Shown here: piece after piece, positions 9,584 through 20,475 of the stretch
How the letters are laid out: each line of letters opens with the position of its first letter
How positions within the stretch are numbered: the stretch's first letter is position 1
Translations under genes and position numbers: made by a program
The notes under the pieces: model-generated
What the model was told of the DNA's origin: nothing
The model's database searches: none
The model's input: the letters and a program-made list of their open reading frames with translations, nothing else
DNA from: Tolypothrix carrinoi HA7290-LM1
GTDB lineage: Bacteria > Cyanobacteriota > Cyanobacteriia > Cyanobacteriales > Nostocaceae
Length of the DNA stretch: 34,341 nucleotides
Assembly: GCA_019358935.1 (NCBI GenBank)
Contig: JAHHIK010000090.1
Span: 1 to 34,341 of the forward strand
Direction of reading: 5' to 3'

Positions 9584-11342
9584 ATGAGCGAGTTAAAGAC
9601 TACGCATGAATGGAACAAAATCCCAAGCGCGAAAGCTAGAAAGGAAATTGTTTAAGTTGCAAAAACGGATTTACCAAGCCTCAAGTCGTGGTGATGTCAA
9701 AACAGTCCACAAACTCCAACGACTATTGATGAAATCCTGGGGTGCAAAATGTATTGCAGTCCGGCGAGTCACACAGGAAAATTCAGGCAAGAAAACAGCC
9801 GGAGTAGACGGAGTTAAATCATTAAACCCAAAACAAAGGTTAAAACTTGTCCAAAATCTGAAACTATCCCAGAAAGCAAAACCAACCAGAAGGGTATGGA
9901 TTCCTAAACCTCATGGGGAAGAAAAGCGACCCCTGGGAATACCTGTAATCACAGACCGTGCTGTACAAGCATTAGTAAAATCGGCACGCTTTGCCAGAAT
10001 GGGAGGCGCATTTTGAGCCAAATAGTTACGGCTTTAGACTCTTGTCGCTCATGTCACGATGCAATTGGAGCAATATTCAACGCTATTAAGCAAGGGTCTA
10101 AATATGTGTTGGATGCCGATATCTCGAAATGCTTCGACCGCATCAACCATCAAGCCTTGTTAACATGCGTTAAACACATTCCCCGCCATGCGTCACCAAA
10201 TTAGAGCGTGGCTCAGAGCAGGAGTGATAGATAATGGCGAATTATTTCCTACAACTGTTGGCACACCACAAGGCGGGTGTATATCGCCTTTATTGGCAAA
10301 TATAGCCCTTCATGGCATGGAAAACTGGGTACACCAAAAGTTTCCTAAACAGCAACCAAAAGTTGACGGCAAAAGAGTATTTACTCCCAGCCCAATTTTG
10401 ATTCGCTATGCAGATGATTTTGTGATTTTACACAAAGACATCGAAGTCATTCAAAAATGTCAACAAGCTATGGCTCTTTGGTTATCAGACATGGGCTTGG
10501 AATTGAAACCAAGTAAAACCAAAATTTCCCATACACTTTATGAGTATGAAGGAAAAGTTGGGTTTGACTTTTTAGGATTTTCAGTTCGACAATATCCTGT
10601 AGGAAAGAATCGAGCAGCTAAGAATCCAAAAGGAGAACCATTAGGTTTCAAAACACTCATCACTCCAAGCATTGAGAAAATCAAACAACATACCTCAAAA
10701 ATTGGAAAAATCATCAAAACATATCATGCTGCTAATCAAGCGCAATTGATTAAAAGATTGAATCCAATCATTAAAGGATGGACAGCTTACTATTCAACAG
10801 TAGTGAGCAAACAAACCTATAATCAAGCTGATTTATGTACATATCAGCAACTCTTTGCCTGGGCAAAACGTCGTCACCCTAAACAAAATCATCAACAGAT
10901 TGCTCATAAATATTGGTCAACTGTTGGCAACGACCATTGGGTTTTTACCAATAAACAGTCGGGCAATATCCAGCATTTAATCAAACACCACAAAACTCCG
11001 ATAGTGAGACATATCAAGGTGCAAGCAGAACGCAGTCCTTATGATGGAGATTGGGTTTACTGGAGTACGAGAATGGGCAGACATCCAGAAGTTAAACCAG
11101 AAATAGCCATACTTCTGAAGAAACAAAAGGGTAAATGCTCTGAATGTGGACTGTATTTCCAAGATGAAGATTTGTTGGAAATAGACCATATAATTCCTCG
11201 CTCAAAAGGCGGAAATAACAGTTACCAAAATAAACAATTACTTCATCGACATTGCCATGATACTAAAAGTGCAAATGATAATAAATCATTCATTTACACA
11301 CTAGAATTAGATGAGGATTATCTAAATGATAATCCTTTCTAG
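9584..11342 (+). pseudogene. ltrA: Group II intron reverse transcriptase/maturase with HNH endonuclease; frameshifts in the 5' third
   Basis: GKKTAGVDG, KRPLGIP, VLDADISKCFD, GTPQGGCISPLLAN, YADD, and C-terminal CSEC...EIDHIIP...HRHCH. Confidence 0.93.
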
Positions 11343-11624
11343 AGGTTTGTATGACAAACACCAAATCATTGAGGAGCCGTGTGAATCGAAAGGTTCATGC
11401 ACGGTTTTGTAGCCGAGTCAGGAGGGTGACTTCCTGGCTTAGGCATCTTTCACTGTTATGGTTCATGTTGTAGGTCATTCTATGCAACCTATCGTTGATA
11501 CTAGGAAGTGTTTCCTAATTCTTAAACTTTAGCCTTGACGACGGAACCTCAAATTGACTAATTTCAATTGTTCAATTGACTGCACTCTGAAGCTAACTCA
11601 AATGTAAACAGCGTGGTCTGACTA

Positions 11625-11748
11625 GTGGGTGTTATGAACTTTGGGAATGATTCGCTCTTCGTTGGCAGTTTCAGCCATGCCTCGAAACTATCAACAAGGG
11701 CTGAATTTTTCTCCTAAATCGGGTTCTACAGAAGTGCATAACACCCTC
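11625..11748. mobile_element. 124-bp IS5/IS1031-derived MITE
   Basis: IRs GTGGGTGTTATGAACT / AGTGCATAACACCCTC flanked by CTA/TAG; right end identical to that of the IS5 ending at 7969. Confidence 0.8.
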
Positions 11749-11764
11749 TAGTTCTATCTATCGC

Positions 11765-11863
11765 AAGTGTACTGAGTTCCAATGCTTGACTGCTGTCAGA
11801 TTCTTACAATAATTTGTCAGATTCTTATGGTGAAGCGCGAACCTGCTTTGGTATCATCCCGAT
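11765..11863 (-). promoter_or_regulatory. AraC-tail promoter module, copy 2
   Basis: TAAGAATC repeats at 11799-11806 and 11820-11827, TACACT -10 box, tail encodes GMIPKQVRASP*. Confidence 0.72.
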
Positions 11864-12159
11864 GAATCGCACAAAAGGTAGTGCCCCGATCGAAAGGATA
11901 GATGAAACGTCCGCAGTATCTCGAATTCACGGGTGAGGCTATCGCATCGGCGATCGAAGTTTCCGAAAAAAGACGAGGCTAGAAAGTGCATGACTGGACA
12001 ATCAGCCTGATTTTGATGGTCATAATCTGCCAGATCATCCAATAGACATCGGTTATTTTAGATTATCCGAAACTTCTGAAACTTCGACACAGAGAACTTT
12101 ACAGCCATCCTTTCCATCAGGACACTACCGACATGAACCACTCGTTCGGGAATGCGATC

Positions 12160-12387
12160 GCGTTCGGTGCTGTGAATCCACCATCGATAACCAAACGTTG
12201 TCCCGTAATGTAGCTGGCAGCATCAGAACACAGAAAAACAACCGCTTGAGCAATTTCTGCTGCCTGACCCATGCGACCCATCGGAACCATAGAGGCAAGA
12301 CCATCTACCGTGATACCCATTTGCTCTACTGTGCGATCAAGCATCTCAGTGGCAATCGGTCCTTTCTTGACGGCATTAATCCGAATG
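12160..12387 (-). pseudogene. C-terminal fragment of an SDR oxidoreductase
   Basis: GIRINAV..GPIATEM...PMGRMGQAAEIAQAVVFLCSDAASYITG..LVIDGGFT. Confidence 0.85.
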
Positions 12388-12501
12388 CCCCTGCAACAAA
12401 GAGTCGCCTTATGGGGACAGCCAACATCTGTAAAATGTCGCTCTTGTATCGAGGATAAGCGTAAATAAGGCTGTCCCCATAAGTCTTGGTCAGGTGTCGC
12501 C
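12388..12501. repeat. Copy B of the 114-bp element
   Basis: Same length and flanks as 2110-2223, differing only within a ~15 nt stretch of the core; bracketed by a GAATG (up to CCGAATG) direct repeat. Confidence 0.9.
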
Positions 12502-12802
12502 GAATGGCTTGTTCGACTGGCGTAATGAAAATTTTGCCTTCGCCAAGTTCGAGAGTCCGAATTGCGTCCATAATCTTTACTACTAGCAGATCTACTTGAC
12601 TGTTTTCTACGACAATTTCTACCTTGAGTTGAGATATCAAATTCATGGTAAACTCTACACCGCGATAGCGTTGAACTTGTCTCATTTGGCAATTGTAGTT
12701 ACGTACTGTTGAAACTGTCATATCTATAATTTCGGCATTGGCAAGGGCAGTTTTAACTAAAGCCAAATTGTCAGCAGGAACGATCGCTTCAATCTTTTTC
12801 AT
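12502..12802 (-). pseudogene. Divergent P-II family nitrogen regulator lacking about its last 10 residues
   Basis: MKKIEAIV...YRGVEF...KVEIVV...LGEGKIFITPVEQAIR; CAGGAG RBS. Confidence 0.85.
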
Positions 12803-12882
12803 TTTCTTCTCCTGAAATGACATCACTACTTTGTTCATTATTGTTGTATGGAGCCGCAAATCCCTTTGCATCTAGATTGTTC

Positions 12883-13023
12883 TTACTTGAACTTTGATCT
12901 CAAGTTGTGAATACCAATTGTGTTCATCGAACGACATAGTAAACGCAAACGCTGAATTTTTTCAGCTTGAAAATTATTCATCAAATGAAGAAAAGCTTGA
13001 TATCTAACAGAGTTAATTTTCAT
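12883..13023 (-). CDS. Possible 46-aa small ORF
   Basis: MKINSVRYQAFLHLMNNFQAEKIQRLRLLCRS..., between the 71-bp motif and the P-II gene; no clear RBS. Confidence 0.25.
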   Translation of the reverse strand: MKINSVRYQAFLHLMNNFQAEKIQRLRLLCRSMNTIGIHNLRSKFK

Positions 13024-13048
13024 TTTTTTGTCGTTAATGAGGTTTACC

Positions 13049-13119
13049 GCAATTGTGTGGATGAGCAAATGAATCGGCACAATTAGCACTCTTGATGGTG
13101 CAAACCCTCAGTTCAGCTT
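13049..13119 (-). promoter_or_regulatory. 71-bp conserved leader motif, copy 1
   Basis: Shares ATTGTGTGGATGAGCAAATGAATCGGC (27/27) and AGCACTCTTGATGG (14/14) with 22709-22780. Confidence 0.55.
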
Positions 13120-13340
13120 TAGATAAGCGTTTCGTGTTTCAATGTGTTTGGCATCCACTCCTACAGGTTAACTTGGCTCAGATATCCAGAAGCTTCAAGC
13201 AGTGCTAGTTTTAGAGGTTTAGAGAGAGCGCCACAAAGAGTGCTTACTGCGTCAGTTTTACTGCTCAGTCACATATGCCAATAACTTAAGTTCTGAGCCG
13301 ACAATGTGTTTCGCTTACGCATTAATTTGAAATTTCGCTG

Positions 13341-14068
13341 CTAGTCGCTTTTGCCAAAATAATCTTTTCTGCTAAACCGACAGGGTTAGAAAACATCACC
13401 TCATGACCACCTGGCAAAAGCACGAGCCGAAATAGCCCCAAGCGGTTAGACATTCTCGGATGCCAGCCCCACTCTCCGATTCGGTAGGGAGATGTCTTCG
13501 GTACAGTAGAGGTAACTTTTGGGAATTGGCAGCGAGTAAAATTGCTTCAAGTCCAACTTGTCAATTTGCGGTTGATACGGTTCAGACGATAATTGTGCGT
13601 AACTGGATGAGTGCCAGTTCGAGGTCAGCGTCGTTGAGAAACGCTTCTCGCCAAGTATCAAAAGGTAGCATCATCGTATTATCGTCCGATTCTCTAGCTA
13701 GCTTGTCGAGTAACTCTTGAGTGTGCGGTGGGACGTTATCTCTGATGCTCTCACCATCCTGACGGATAAAGGCATCCAAGAAGATTAGCCGTAAGGCTGC
13801 GATCGCCAATCGCTTCGGCAACTTTAGCAATAATTGTACCGCCGAAACTATGTCCTAATAGGACGATATCGGTTAAGTCTTGACCAACGATGTAATCGAC
13901 TATCGATTGCGTGCATTGAGCATGGTTGACGTTTTTATTCACGCCTTTACCATGTCCTTTGACTGTGGGAGCAAAAGCCTGATGTCCTTTAGCTTCTAGA
14001 TGTTTGATGACAGCGATCCTCGTAGAACCATCATGCCACGAGCCGTGAACCAAGACAAAAGTTGACAT
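13341..14068 (-). pseudogene. Alpha/beta hydrolase (salicylate-esterase-like), frameshifted
   Basis: FVLVHGSWH, GHSFGG nucleophile motif, LIFLDAF, SYLYCTED, PGGHEVMF. Confidence 0.88.
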
Positions 14069-14187
14069 AGAATCGCTCCTTTAGATGTGGTATGAAAATC
14101 AAGCCCGTCCGTTATCTCTTGAAATGGACGCAGTGCGTATTCTGTCGTTCGTCACCGTGAAAGTGCCGTAAGCTGTTGACCTTTGGC

Positions 14188-14253
14188 ATGAACCACTCGT
14201 TCAGGGATGCGATCGCGCATTAGTTCACTGTGAATCCACCATCGACAACCAAA
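14188..14253 (-). repeat. Remnant SDR 3' end (LVVDGGFTVN*) plus downstream sequence, paralogous to 12132-12196
   Basis: CATGAACCACTCGTTC....ATGCGATCGCG and CTGTGAATCCACCATCGA shared between the two sites. Confidence 0.65.
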
Positions 14254-14408
14254 TGAATGTTTACGCTTCAATCAGTTGGGAACCAGCTTGATTGAGAAGG
14301 GCTATATCGTTACAGGCTGGGCGAATTTCAAGTATTTCTTTGCTCATTCGGGGGTGAGGAGTTCGAGCATCAATTTGTTTTTCACCCAGCATTCAATTGG
14401 AAGGGACT

Positions 14409-14441
14409 GCGTTGCCTTCGGCTCACGCGAAGCGTGTCCGC
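14409..14441. repeat. Mini double-hairpin (SDR5-like) element at a gene-fusion junction
   Basis: Minus strand GCGGA-CACGCTTCGCGTG-A-GCCGAAGGC-AACGC; same layout as 28140-28162. Confidence 0.55.
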
Positions 14442-14576
14442 GTCAGAAAGTTCAGAAAGCACCATGCGGATCAGCAAATCAAGTGCATCGCGCATCAGAG
14501 CCAATTTATCGAACGACTTGTCATAGTTAGAAGCACGTTCTTGGTCAAAAACAAAGTTTGATGCTTGGTTTTTCAT
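14442..14576 (-). pseudogene. N-terminal fragment of a class I SAM-dependent methyltransferase
   Basis: FDQERASNYDKSFDKLALMRDALDLLIRMVLSEL resembles CmoA-like N-termini; stops before motif I. Confidence 0.55.
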
Positions 14577-14660
14577 TTTGAGCAATATTCCCTGAAGAAA
14601 ATTCAGATCCTTCTTCTAATGAAATCGGCTGAAATCGTACAGGTTTACCATAGGCATGAC

Positions 14661-14925
14661 CAGCCCCTTCGGGGTGGGGTGTGGGGGAGCCACTGCGGTG
14701 GACGGGTTTCCACAGCAGTAAGCAAGTGGCGTTGTGGGGTGTGGGGTTGCATGTCGAAAAAGCCCCGAAGGAAAGGGTACAGAGCAAGTACTTTTAAGTA
14801 TGGAAAAATCAAAAAGATGTATTTTGAGGCACTACGTGCGAAAGATACGGCATCCTTGTTTGAAACCCCTGATTTTAATTATGGGGTTCCCTACACCCCA
14901 CACCCGAAACCTGCAACCCCCTTCA
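14661..14925. repeat. MITE-like element with inverted GGGGTGT heptamer ends and a nested short dispersed repeat
   Basis: GGGGTGTGGGG ... CCCTACACCCCACACCC; nested GCCACTGCGGTGGACGGGTTTCC...GCAAGTGGCGT hairpin typical of cyanobacterial short repeats. Confidence 0.6.
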
Positions 14926-15007
14926 TAAGGCTGGCACACTTGCAACAGCTTCCCAACAGCTTGATAACACTACCTAACGGTTAACAGAGTGCATGAATTG
15001 TGCTATC

Positions 15008-15971
15008 CTAGCGAGTTCCGGCAGCAGAGCCAATCGGTACAATTGCTTCGATTTGTTGAAGTTCGCTCTCCTTCAACACAATTTCCACTGCACCCACATT
15101 TTCATGCAGCCGTGCTTGACGTTTCATTCCGGGAATTGGGATGATGTCCTCGCCCTTTGCCAGCAACCAAGCGAGTGCAAGTTGGGCAGGCGTACACTGC
15201 TTCTGGGCAGCGATTTCCTTTATTTTTTCGACCAGTTCTAAGTTGCGATAAAAATTCTCGCCTTGAAAGCGGGGACTGTGCCGCCTAGCATCGTCGAGTG
15301 GGAAGTTGTCGGGAGACTGAAACGCTCCCGTTAAAAATCCTCGTCCCAGCGGTGAATAGGCGACTAAACTTGTTCCTAATTCTCTACAAACGGGTAACAC
15401 ATCCGTTTCAGGTTCTCGCGTCCATAGACTGTATTCAGTCTGAAGCATGGCAATTGGATGCACCTGAGCCGCTTGACGCAGGGTTTTAGCACCCGCTTCT
15501 CTTAGTCCGGCATAGCGCACTTTACCTTCTTGAATCAGGTCTGCGATCGCGCCAACCGTCTCGCGCGATCGGCACATTCTGATCGACTCTCGCGGGATAG
15601 TACAGATCAATGTAGTCCACACCCAAACGCTGTAGGCTATAAGCCAGAAAGTTCTGCACAGCAACCGGACGGCTATCTTCACCGTTAAAGTTACCTTTGT
15701 GATCGCGCAGTTGTCCGAACTTCACCGCAATAAATACTTTATCACGGGGAACCCCTTTGATCGCTTCGCGAATCAGCAATTCATTGTGACCCATGCCGTA
15801 AAAGTCGCCCGTGTCGAGAAAGTTAATGCCAAGGTCGATCGCGGCTCGAATCGTTGCGATACTTTCAGCATCATCGCTTTGCCGATCGCCATAGAAGTCA
15901 GACATCCCCATGCAACCCAATCCTAACGCTGAGATTTGCGCGTCTGTTGTTCCAAGTTTGCGGTATTTCAT
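15008..15971 (-). pseudogene. Aldo/keto reductase, frameshift near 15565
   Basis: [47 protein letters not shown]. Confidence 0.92.
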
Positions 15972-15991
15972 GATGTTGCTCCTTTGATTGA

Positions 15992-16898
15992 TTAACGAGT
16001 GATGTAACCACCATTGATAAAGATCGTTTGACCATTGACCCAGCGAGACCGCGGTGAAGCCAGAAATTCAACCAGTGGCACAATGTCATCAATTTCGCCT
16101 AAGCGTCCTGCTAATCGGGTACCCGCCGCGATTCCTTCTGGCGTTAGCGATAGCGCGATAAAACGGAGTATCGACTGGTCCGGGTGCAATCGAATTGACT
16201 GTAATGTTCCGTCTCCAGTCGATTTCTTTTGCCAGTGCGCGAGTAAACTGCTCCATTGCTGCCTTGGTTCCGGTATAGGCGGAATAGTTGGGAATGTTGG
16301 CAGCTAAAAGAGAACTCACAACGTTAATGATTCGTCCATTATCTGCAATCCGTCGAACGGCTTCCTGCATGATAAAAAACGCCCCTTTTGAATTGATGCC
16401 TGCTTTTCGATCGTAGTCTTCTTCTGTAACCTCCGCCAATGGCTTTTTCACCGATCGCCCTGCATTGTGAACCACGATATCGACTTTTCCAAAAGCTTTC
16501 GTTGTTTCATCGAATAGCTTTCTGATATTGGCAACTTGAGAGAGATCAAAAGAAACGAGAAGTGCCCGTGTTCCCTGTTGCTGCACTAAACGAGCCGTTT
16601 CTTCAGCCTGGTCGCGCGTGGCTTCCCGATGATAATGCACGACAACCGAAGCACCGTTACGAGCGAGTGCAACAGCATACCCCCGACCAAGATTGTTTCT
16701 AGCACCTGTGACGATCGCGACTTTGCCTGTGAGTTCCCGATTGGCTCTTGTTGCCAAAGACGGATCTGTTTGAGGTGGGTTCTCTGATTGTGCATTAGCT
16801 TGTCCAGCCGCGTTGGCGAAGCCTCTCCCTTGGAGAATCGCACCGACGACACCAGCGCCTCCAATCGCACCCAAGAATTTACGACGATTCGTGTTCAC
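15992..16898 (-). pseudogene. SDR oxidoreductase with twin-arginine (Tat) signal peptide, frameshift near 16160
   Basis: NRRKFLG signal, TGARNNLG, HNAG, YTGTK catalytic motif; C-terminus [13 protein letters not shown] in a second frame; GGAGG RBS. Confidence 0.88.
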
Positions 16899-17046
16899 AA
16901 TGACCTCCTAGGGCTAGGTTTAACTGAATTTCCTTGATTTCAATTAAACTAAACTCAACCTACAAAGGACATGCACATTTTCTAGATAGACTTGTTTATT
17001 TTTAAGCGTGGAAAAGCCCACTGACAATGATTGAAAAAACCAATGC

Positions 17047-17964
17047 TTAGCTTTGTAAGCTTTGTCGAAAGTTCAAAGGGGACAGTAAAGCATGTTTTTT
17101 GAAGAATTGGGAGAAGTGGGCTGCATCCTTAAATCCCAAGCGAAAAGCAATTTCCTGTACCGATTCCGGCGATCGCGCCAACATTGCCTTAGCCTCAGCA
17201 ATCGTCTTCTGGGCAATCCAACTGTTTACTGATTTACCTGTTTTGCGTTTGATCGCTGTACTGAAATAGCTGGGATGTAAATACTGTGCTTGGGCATAGT
17301 CCTGCACTTGAAAAAGGTGATCGCACTTGCCTGCTTTTGAGATCGCGAAAGTGTGCTTCTTTGATTGCGCTTGAAGGTGAGTACGATCGCAGAATTGGTT
17401 GAAGCTTCAGTCAATGGATCATAAGCTTTCCAAAACCGTTCTTTAATCTTGAACAGCAGCACCACGGTTAAACTCCCAATCACTTTGAACTTATAGGCAG
17501 AATCCGATTGATACTCTTGCAAAAGCTGACCACCTAAGTCATCAAAGATTTGAAAGATCTCGCGATCGGGATAACTCGGTGGCGCAACTTCAGCAATCAG
17601 GAATGGAAACTCATCCAAAATATTCTCATGAACATACTGCTTGAGAAACGATTCTGTGAAGGTAATTATATATCCATGCCATAGTTCATGAATCTCGTAT
17701 CCCTTCACATGACCCGGATTCGTAAAATAAATTGTGCTGTCCTGGGTGAGATAGGATTGATCGTCGATGATATAGCGACCTCGCCCTTTGCGAATGATTA
17801 AAACTGAGTAAAAGTTCGTCCTTTAAGAGTGGAGGCTTGACCGGAACCTCTGTGTGAATTTCCTCAGTCCGATGAACCGTAAAATCAACGTCTTGCTCTA
17901 GCTTGCTGCCCATTGAGGCATGAAGTTCTGACATCGAATTGTAGGTTCTAATCGCGTCATTCAT
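17047..17964 (-). pseudogene. AraC family transcriptional regulator, two frameshifts
   Basis: C-terminal HTH: VQDYAQ..LHPSYFS..IK..TGKS and SVQEIAFRLGFKDAAHFSQFFKK. Confidence 0.88.
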
Positions 17965-18119
17965 TAGTATTCTACTATTTGGTTAAATACCTGCAACCTT
18001 AGTACCGGACAAAAGCTTGCAACGGAAGAAGAGGAAAGGGTTACAATCGACGAATTATTGCGCGTTCTCCGATTTTGTCGCCTTGTGAGACTGTAAGTCA
18101 CCGTCAGTATAACACAATA

Positions 18120-18206
18120 GGCTAACGATCCTGTTCAGCGGTGACGAAAAAACTTAAACGATCGACGAAGGAACCTTGCACGTCCGCTGCAACAGGCTGG
18201 TTATGC
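18120..18206 (-). other. Solitary integron attC-like recombination site (87 bp)
   Basis: Minus strand GCATAAC-CAGCCT-GTTGCAGCGG...CCGCTGAAC-AGGATC-GTTAGCC: AAC/GTT core boxes and paired L boxes with one unpaired base. Confidence 0.7.
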
Positions 18207-19165
18207 CGCTTGCGCCAAAAACGAGGCGGAGCAATTGATTGACCTCTGTGGGGCGTTCCCGCCCAATCCAGTGTCCGGTATTTGGCAGCAATACCTTTTT
18301 TCTCAAGTTCTTTATGTTTTTTCTAGCTGGTTGATGAGATCTCGATTTAGCGTCACGGCTGCATCGAACTCTCCCCCAATAAACAAAGCAGGTTGTTGGA
18401 GCTTCGCGCCACTCAAAAAGGGCGTGAGTTGCCAATCCTTGTCCAGGTTTCGATATCGAGCCAACCCACAGGAGCGCATCCGGTTCGCTCAAACTCCTGA
18501 GTGAGAAAATCAAGGTCTTGCTCGCTCAACCAACAAAGGAAGCTGCTCCGGTTCAGCTACACTGTCCAGAAATTTTTCTGATTTGTCGAATAGAAACCGC
18601 CACCTTTTTTCGCTCTGTGCATCCCCAGATGCGGAATAGAGCATCATGCGAAGAGATTTACTCACGTTGGCTTCTAGTTCTGCCTCTGCTAACCCTTGGG
18701 GGGCGAAAATACAACACATATAGCTGTTGCTCACCCGCCATCCGTTTTAGTATTTCCGTTGGGGGTCTACTGTCCCAAGCAAAGAGCGCGATAAGGGACA
18801 CTCAGCAAGCCGATCGCTTTAAACAAATCTGGACGTAACAACGCACAATGCCAAGCCAAAGGCGCACCTTGATCGTGCCCGATGATCGTAGCTTGTTCTC
18901 GATCAAGAGCATGAACCAGCCCAACGATATCGCTAGTTAGCTGAAGAATGTTGTATGCCTCAACTGACTTTGGCTGGTCGGTTTGCCCGTAACCCCGTAG
19001 ATCTGGCGCAACAACGTGAAATCCAGCTTCTGCGATCGCTGCAATCTGATGTCGCCAAGCGTACCAGCATTCTGGAAACCCATGACACAGGATGACAAGA
19101 TTTCCTCGACCTTGCTCAGCAATGTGCATTTTGATGTAGGGCAAACGCATCTTAAAGTGACACAA
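18201..19165 (-). pseudogene. Epoxide hydrolase (alpha/beta hydrolase), multiple frameshifts
   Basis: LCHGFPECWYAWRHQI, APDLRGYG, IGHDQGA, GHWI..E.P.EVN; stop TAA lies in the attC R'' box. Confidence 0.9.
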
Positions 19166-19321
19166 TAAAGGTTGATTTTTGAATGAATATATGCATTAAG
19201 TATACAACCGACATTCCGCAGGTTGGTAAGTTTTAAGGTCTAGGTGAATTGGCTCATATGTTGTGTTCTCGCAGGCGCGATCGCGCAGTAAAAGCGAACG
19301 CGAGTGCTGCTATCCCTTCCC

Positions 19322-19560
19322 CATTCGTGACAAGTTAAGGCAAAATTTGTTTTGTCAATAGTAATTACGCTGTAAATAATCGATACTGCTGAGTATCGAA
19401 TTAAGCCTTGTATTGAGGTTTTGGGGGAAGGATGAACGATGCTTTTGAATATGACGCGATCGCTGGCTTAAAATTTGCCTTTGGGACCGAAATTTTGGGC
19501 GATATTTTAAGCACTATTACTTATTGACAAATGCTTGATGACCTTAACTGGTCACCAATG
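19322..19560. mobile_element. 239-bp MITE, probably IS4-derived
   Basis: 19-bp IRs CATTCGTGACAAGTTAAGG / CCTTAACTGGTCACCAATG (17/19); imperfect 9-bp target duplication TCCCTTCCC / TCCCTGACC. Confidence 0.8.
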
Positions 19561-19669
19561 TCCCTGACCAGAGCGATCGCATAGCAATAGAAACCTGACT
19601 ATTGTGAGCTGAAATGGGCAAAATCTTATCTGGGCAAAGGGTTCTGCTGACCAATACAATGATAATTGA

Positions 19670-19850
19670 AGAAAGGCAGAGGGCAGGAGGCAGCTATGCT
19701 GAAGGAGCAATCGGATGGGGATTCAAACCCCAACCGATTGAATCCACCGTGTAGACGGTGGGGTTTTATACCCAGTTGGCTCCAGCCAGAAGGCTGAATC
19801 AAAGACATAATTTATACCTTCTGCCCTCTGCCCTCTGCCTTCTGCCTTCC
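19670..19850. repeat. MITE-like element with inverted GGCAGAG heptamer ends
   Basis: AGGCAGAGGGCAGGAGGCAG ... CTGCCCTCTGCCCTCTGCCTTCTGCC with internal hairpins; one end shared with 8946-9154. Confidence 0.75.
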
Positions 19851-19949
19851 GCCGAAGGCGGATAAAGCACAAGAAATTCTACTTTTTTTTAAGAAATTAA
19901 AATAGTGATTTTAGGTAACATCTGTACAAGAAAATACCTAAAAAATACT

Positions 19950-20331
19950 ATGAAACTTAAACCAAAAATTACAATTGCAGAGTATTTTGTAGACATAGAT
20001 GACCCCAGAATCGAACGTTCAAAGCTACATAAATTAACTGACATCATCACTATCGCTATCTGTGCTGTGATTTGTGGGGCTGATACCTGGGAAGATATTG
20101 AAATATTTGGTGATGCAAAGTATGAGTGGTTAAAACAATTTTTAGAACTTGAAAATGGAATTCCATCTCCTGACGGAGACGCTTCCTGAACGCATGATAC
20201 GTTTGCTCGTGTATTTTCACGCATAGACCCGAAACAATTTCAACAATGCTTCCTAAATTGGGTTAAATCAGTTAATAAATTAACAGATGGAGAATTAATT
20301 TCTATAGATGGTAAAACTTTACGGCATTCCT
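19950..20331 (+). pseudogene. ISAs1 family transposase, N-terminal fragment with a 24-nt insertion
   Basis: DDPRIERSKLHKLTDII, GADTWEDIE.FG, NGIPS[insert]HDTFARVF, ISIDGKTLR. Confidence 0.9.
20168..20191. repeat. 24-nt short dispersed repeat insertion
   Basis: Removing TCCTGACGGAGACGCTTCCTGAAC restores ATT CCA TCG CAT GAT (IPSHD). Confidence 0.7.
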
Positions 20332-20475
20332 TCGTTTTCTGATGCACAATAATTTCTGATATATTCTGAGTAATTAAATTTAATTATTCATATTAAATTC
20401 CCTTCAGAAAATTACTAATCAAATCTTATTGTTTAATTAGTTGAAATCTTTTTAGAATACGCTTCTAAAAACATA

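Larger units (their letters stand above)
8765..11446 (+). mobile_element. Group IIB (chloroplast-like) intron, full length
   Basis: 5' GTGCG at 8765; domain V GAGCCGTGTGAATCGAAAGGTTCATGCACGGTTT; domain VI hairpin ending in AT at 11446; candidate EBS1 TCGGGA (9323-9328) pairs with IBS1 TCCTGA (8759-8764). Confidence 0.92.

Noticed and set aside
9584..11342. RT as a retron, DGR or defence RT
   Set aside because: It has maturase and HNH domains and lies within a complete group II intron with domains V and VI.
11864..12116. 62-aa ORF at 11854-12042
   Set aside because: No RBS or recognisable family; probably scrambled remnant DNA.
12117..12692. 191-aa ORF, and the 181-aa ORF at 12326-12871, as novel fusion proteins
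   Set aside because: They are read-through across the P-II gene, the 114-bp element and an SDR fragment.
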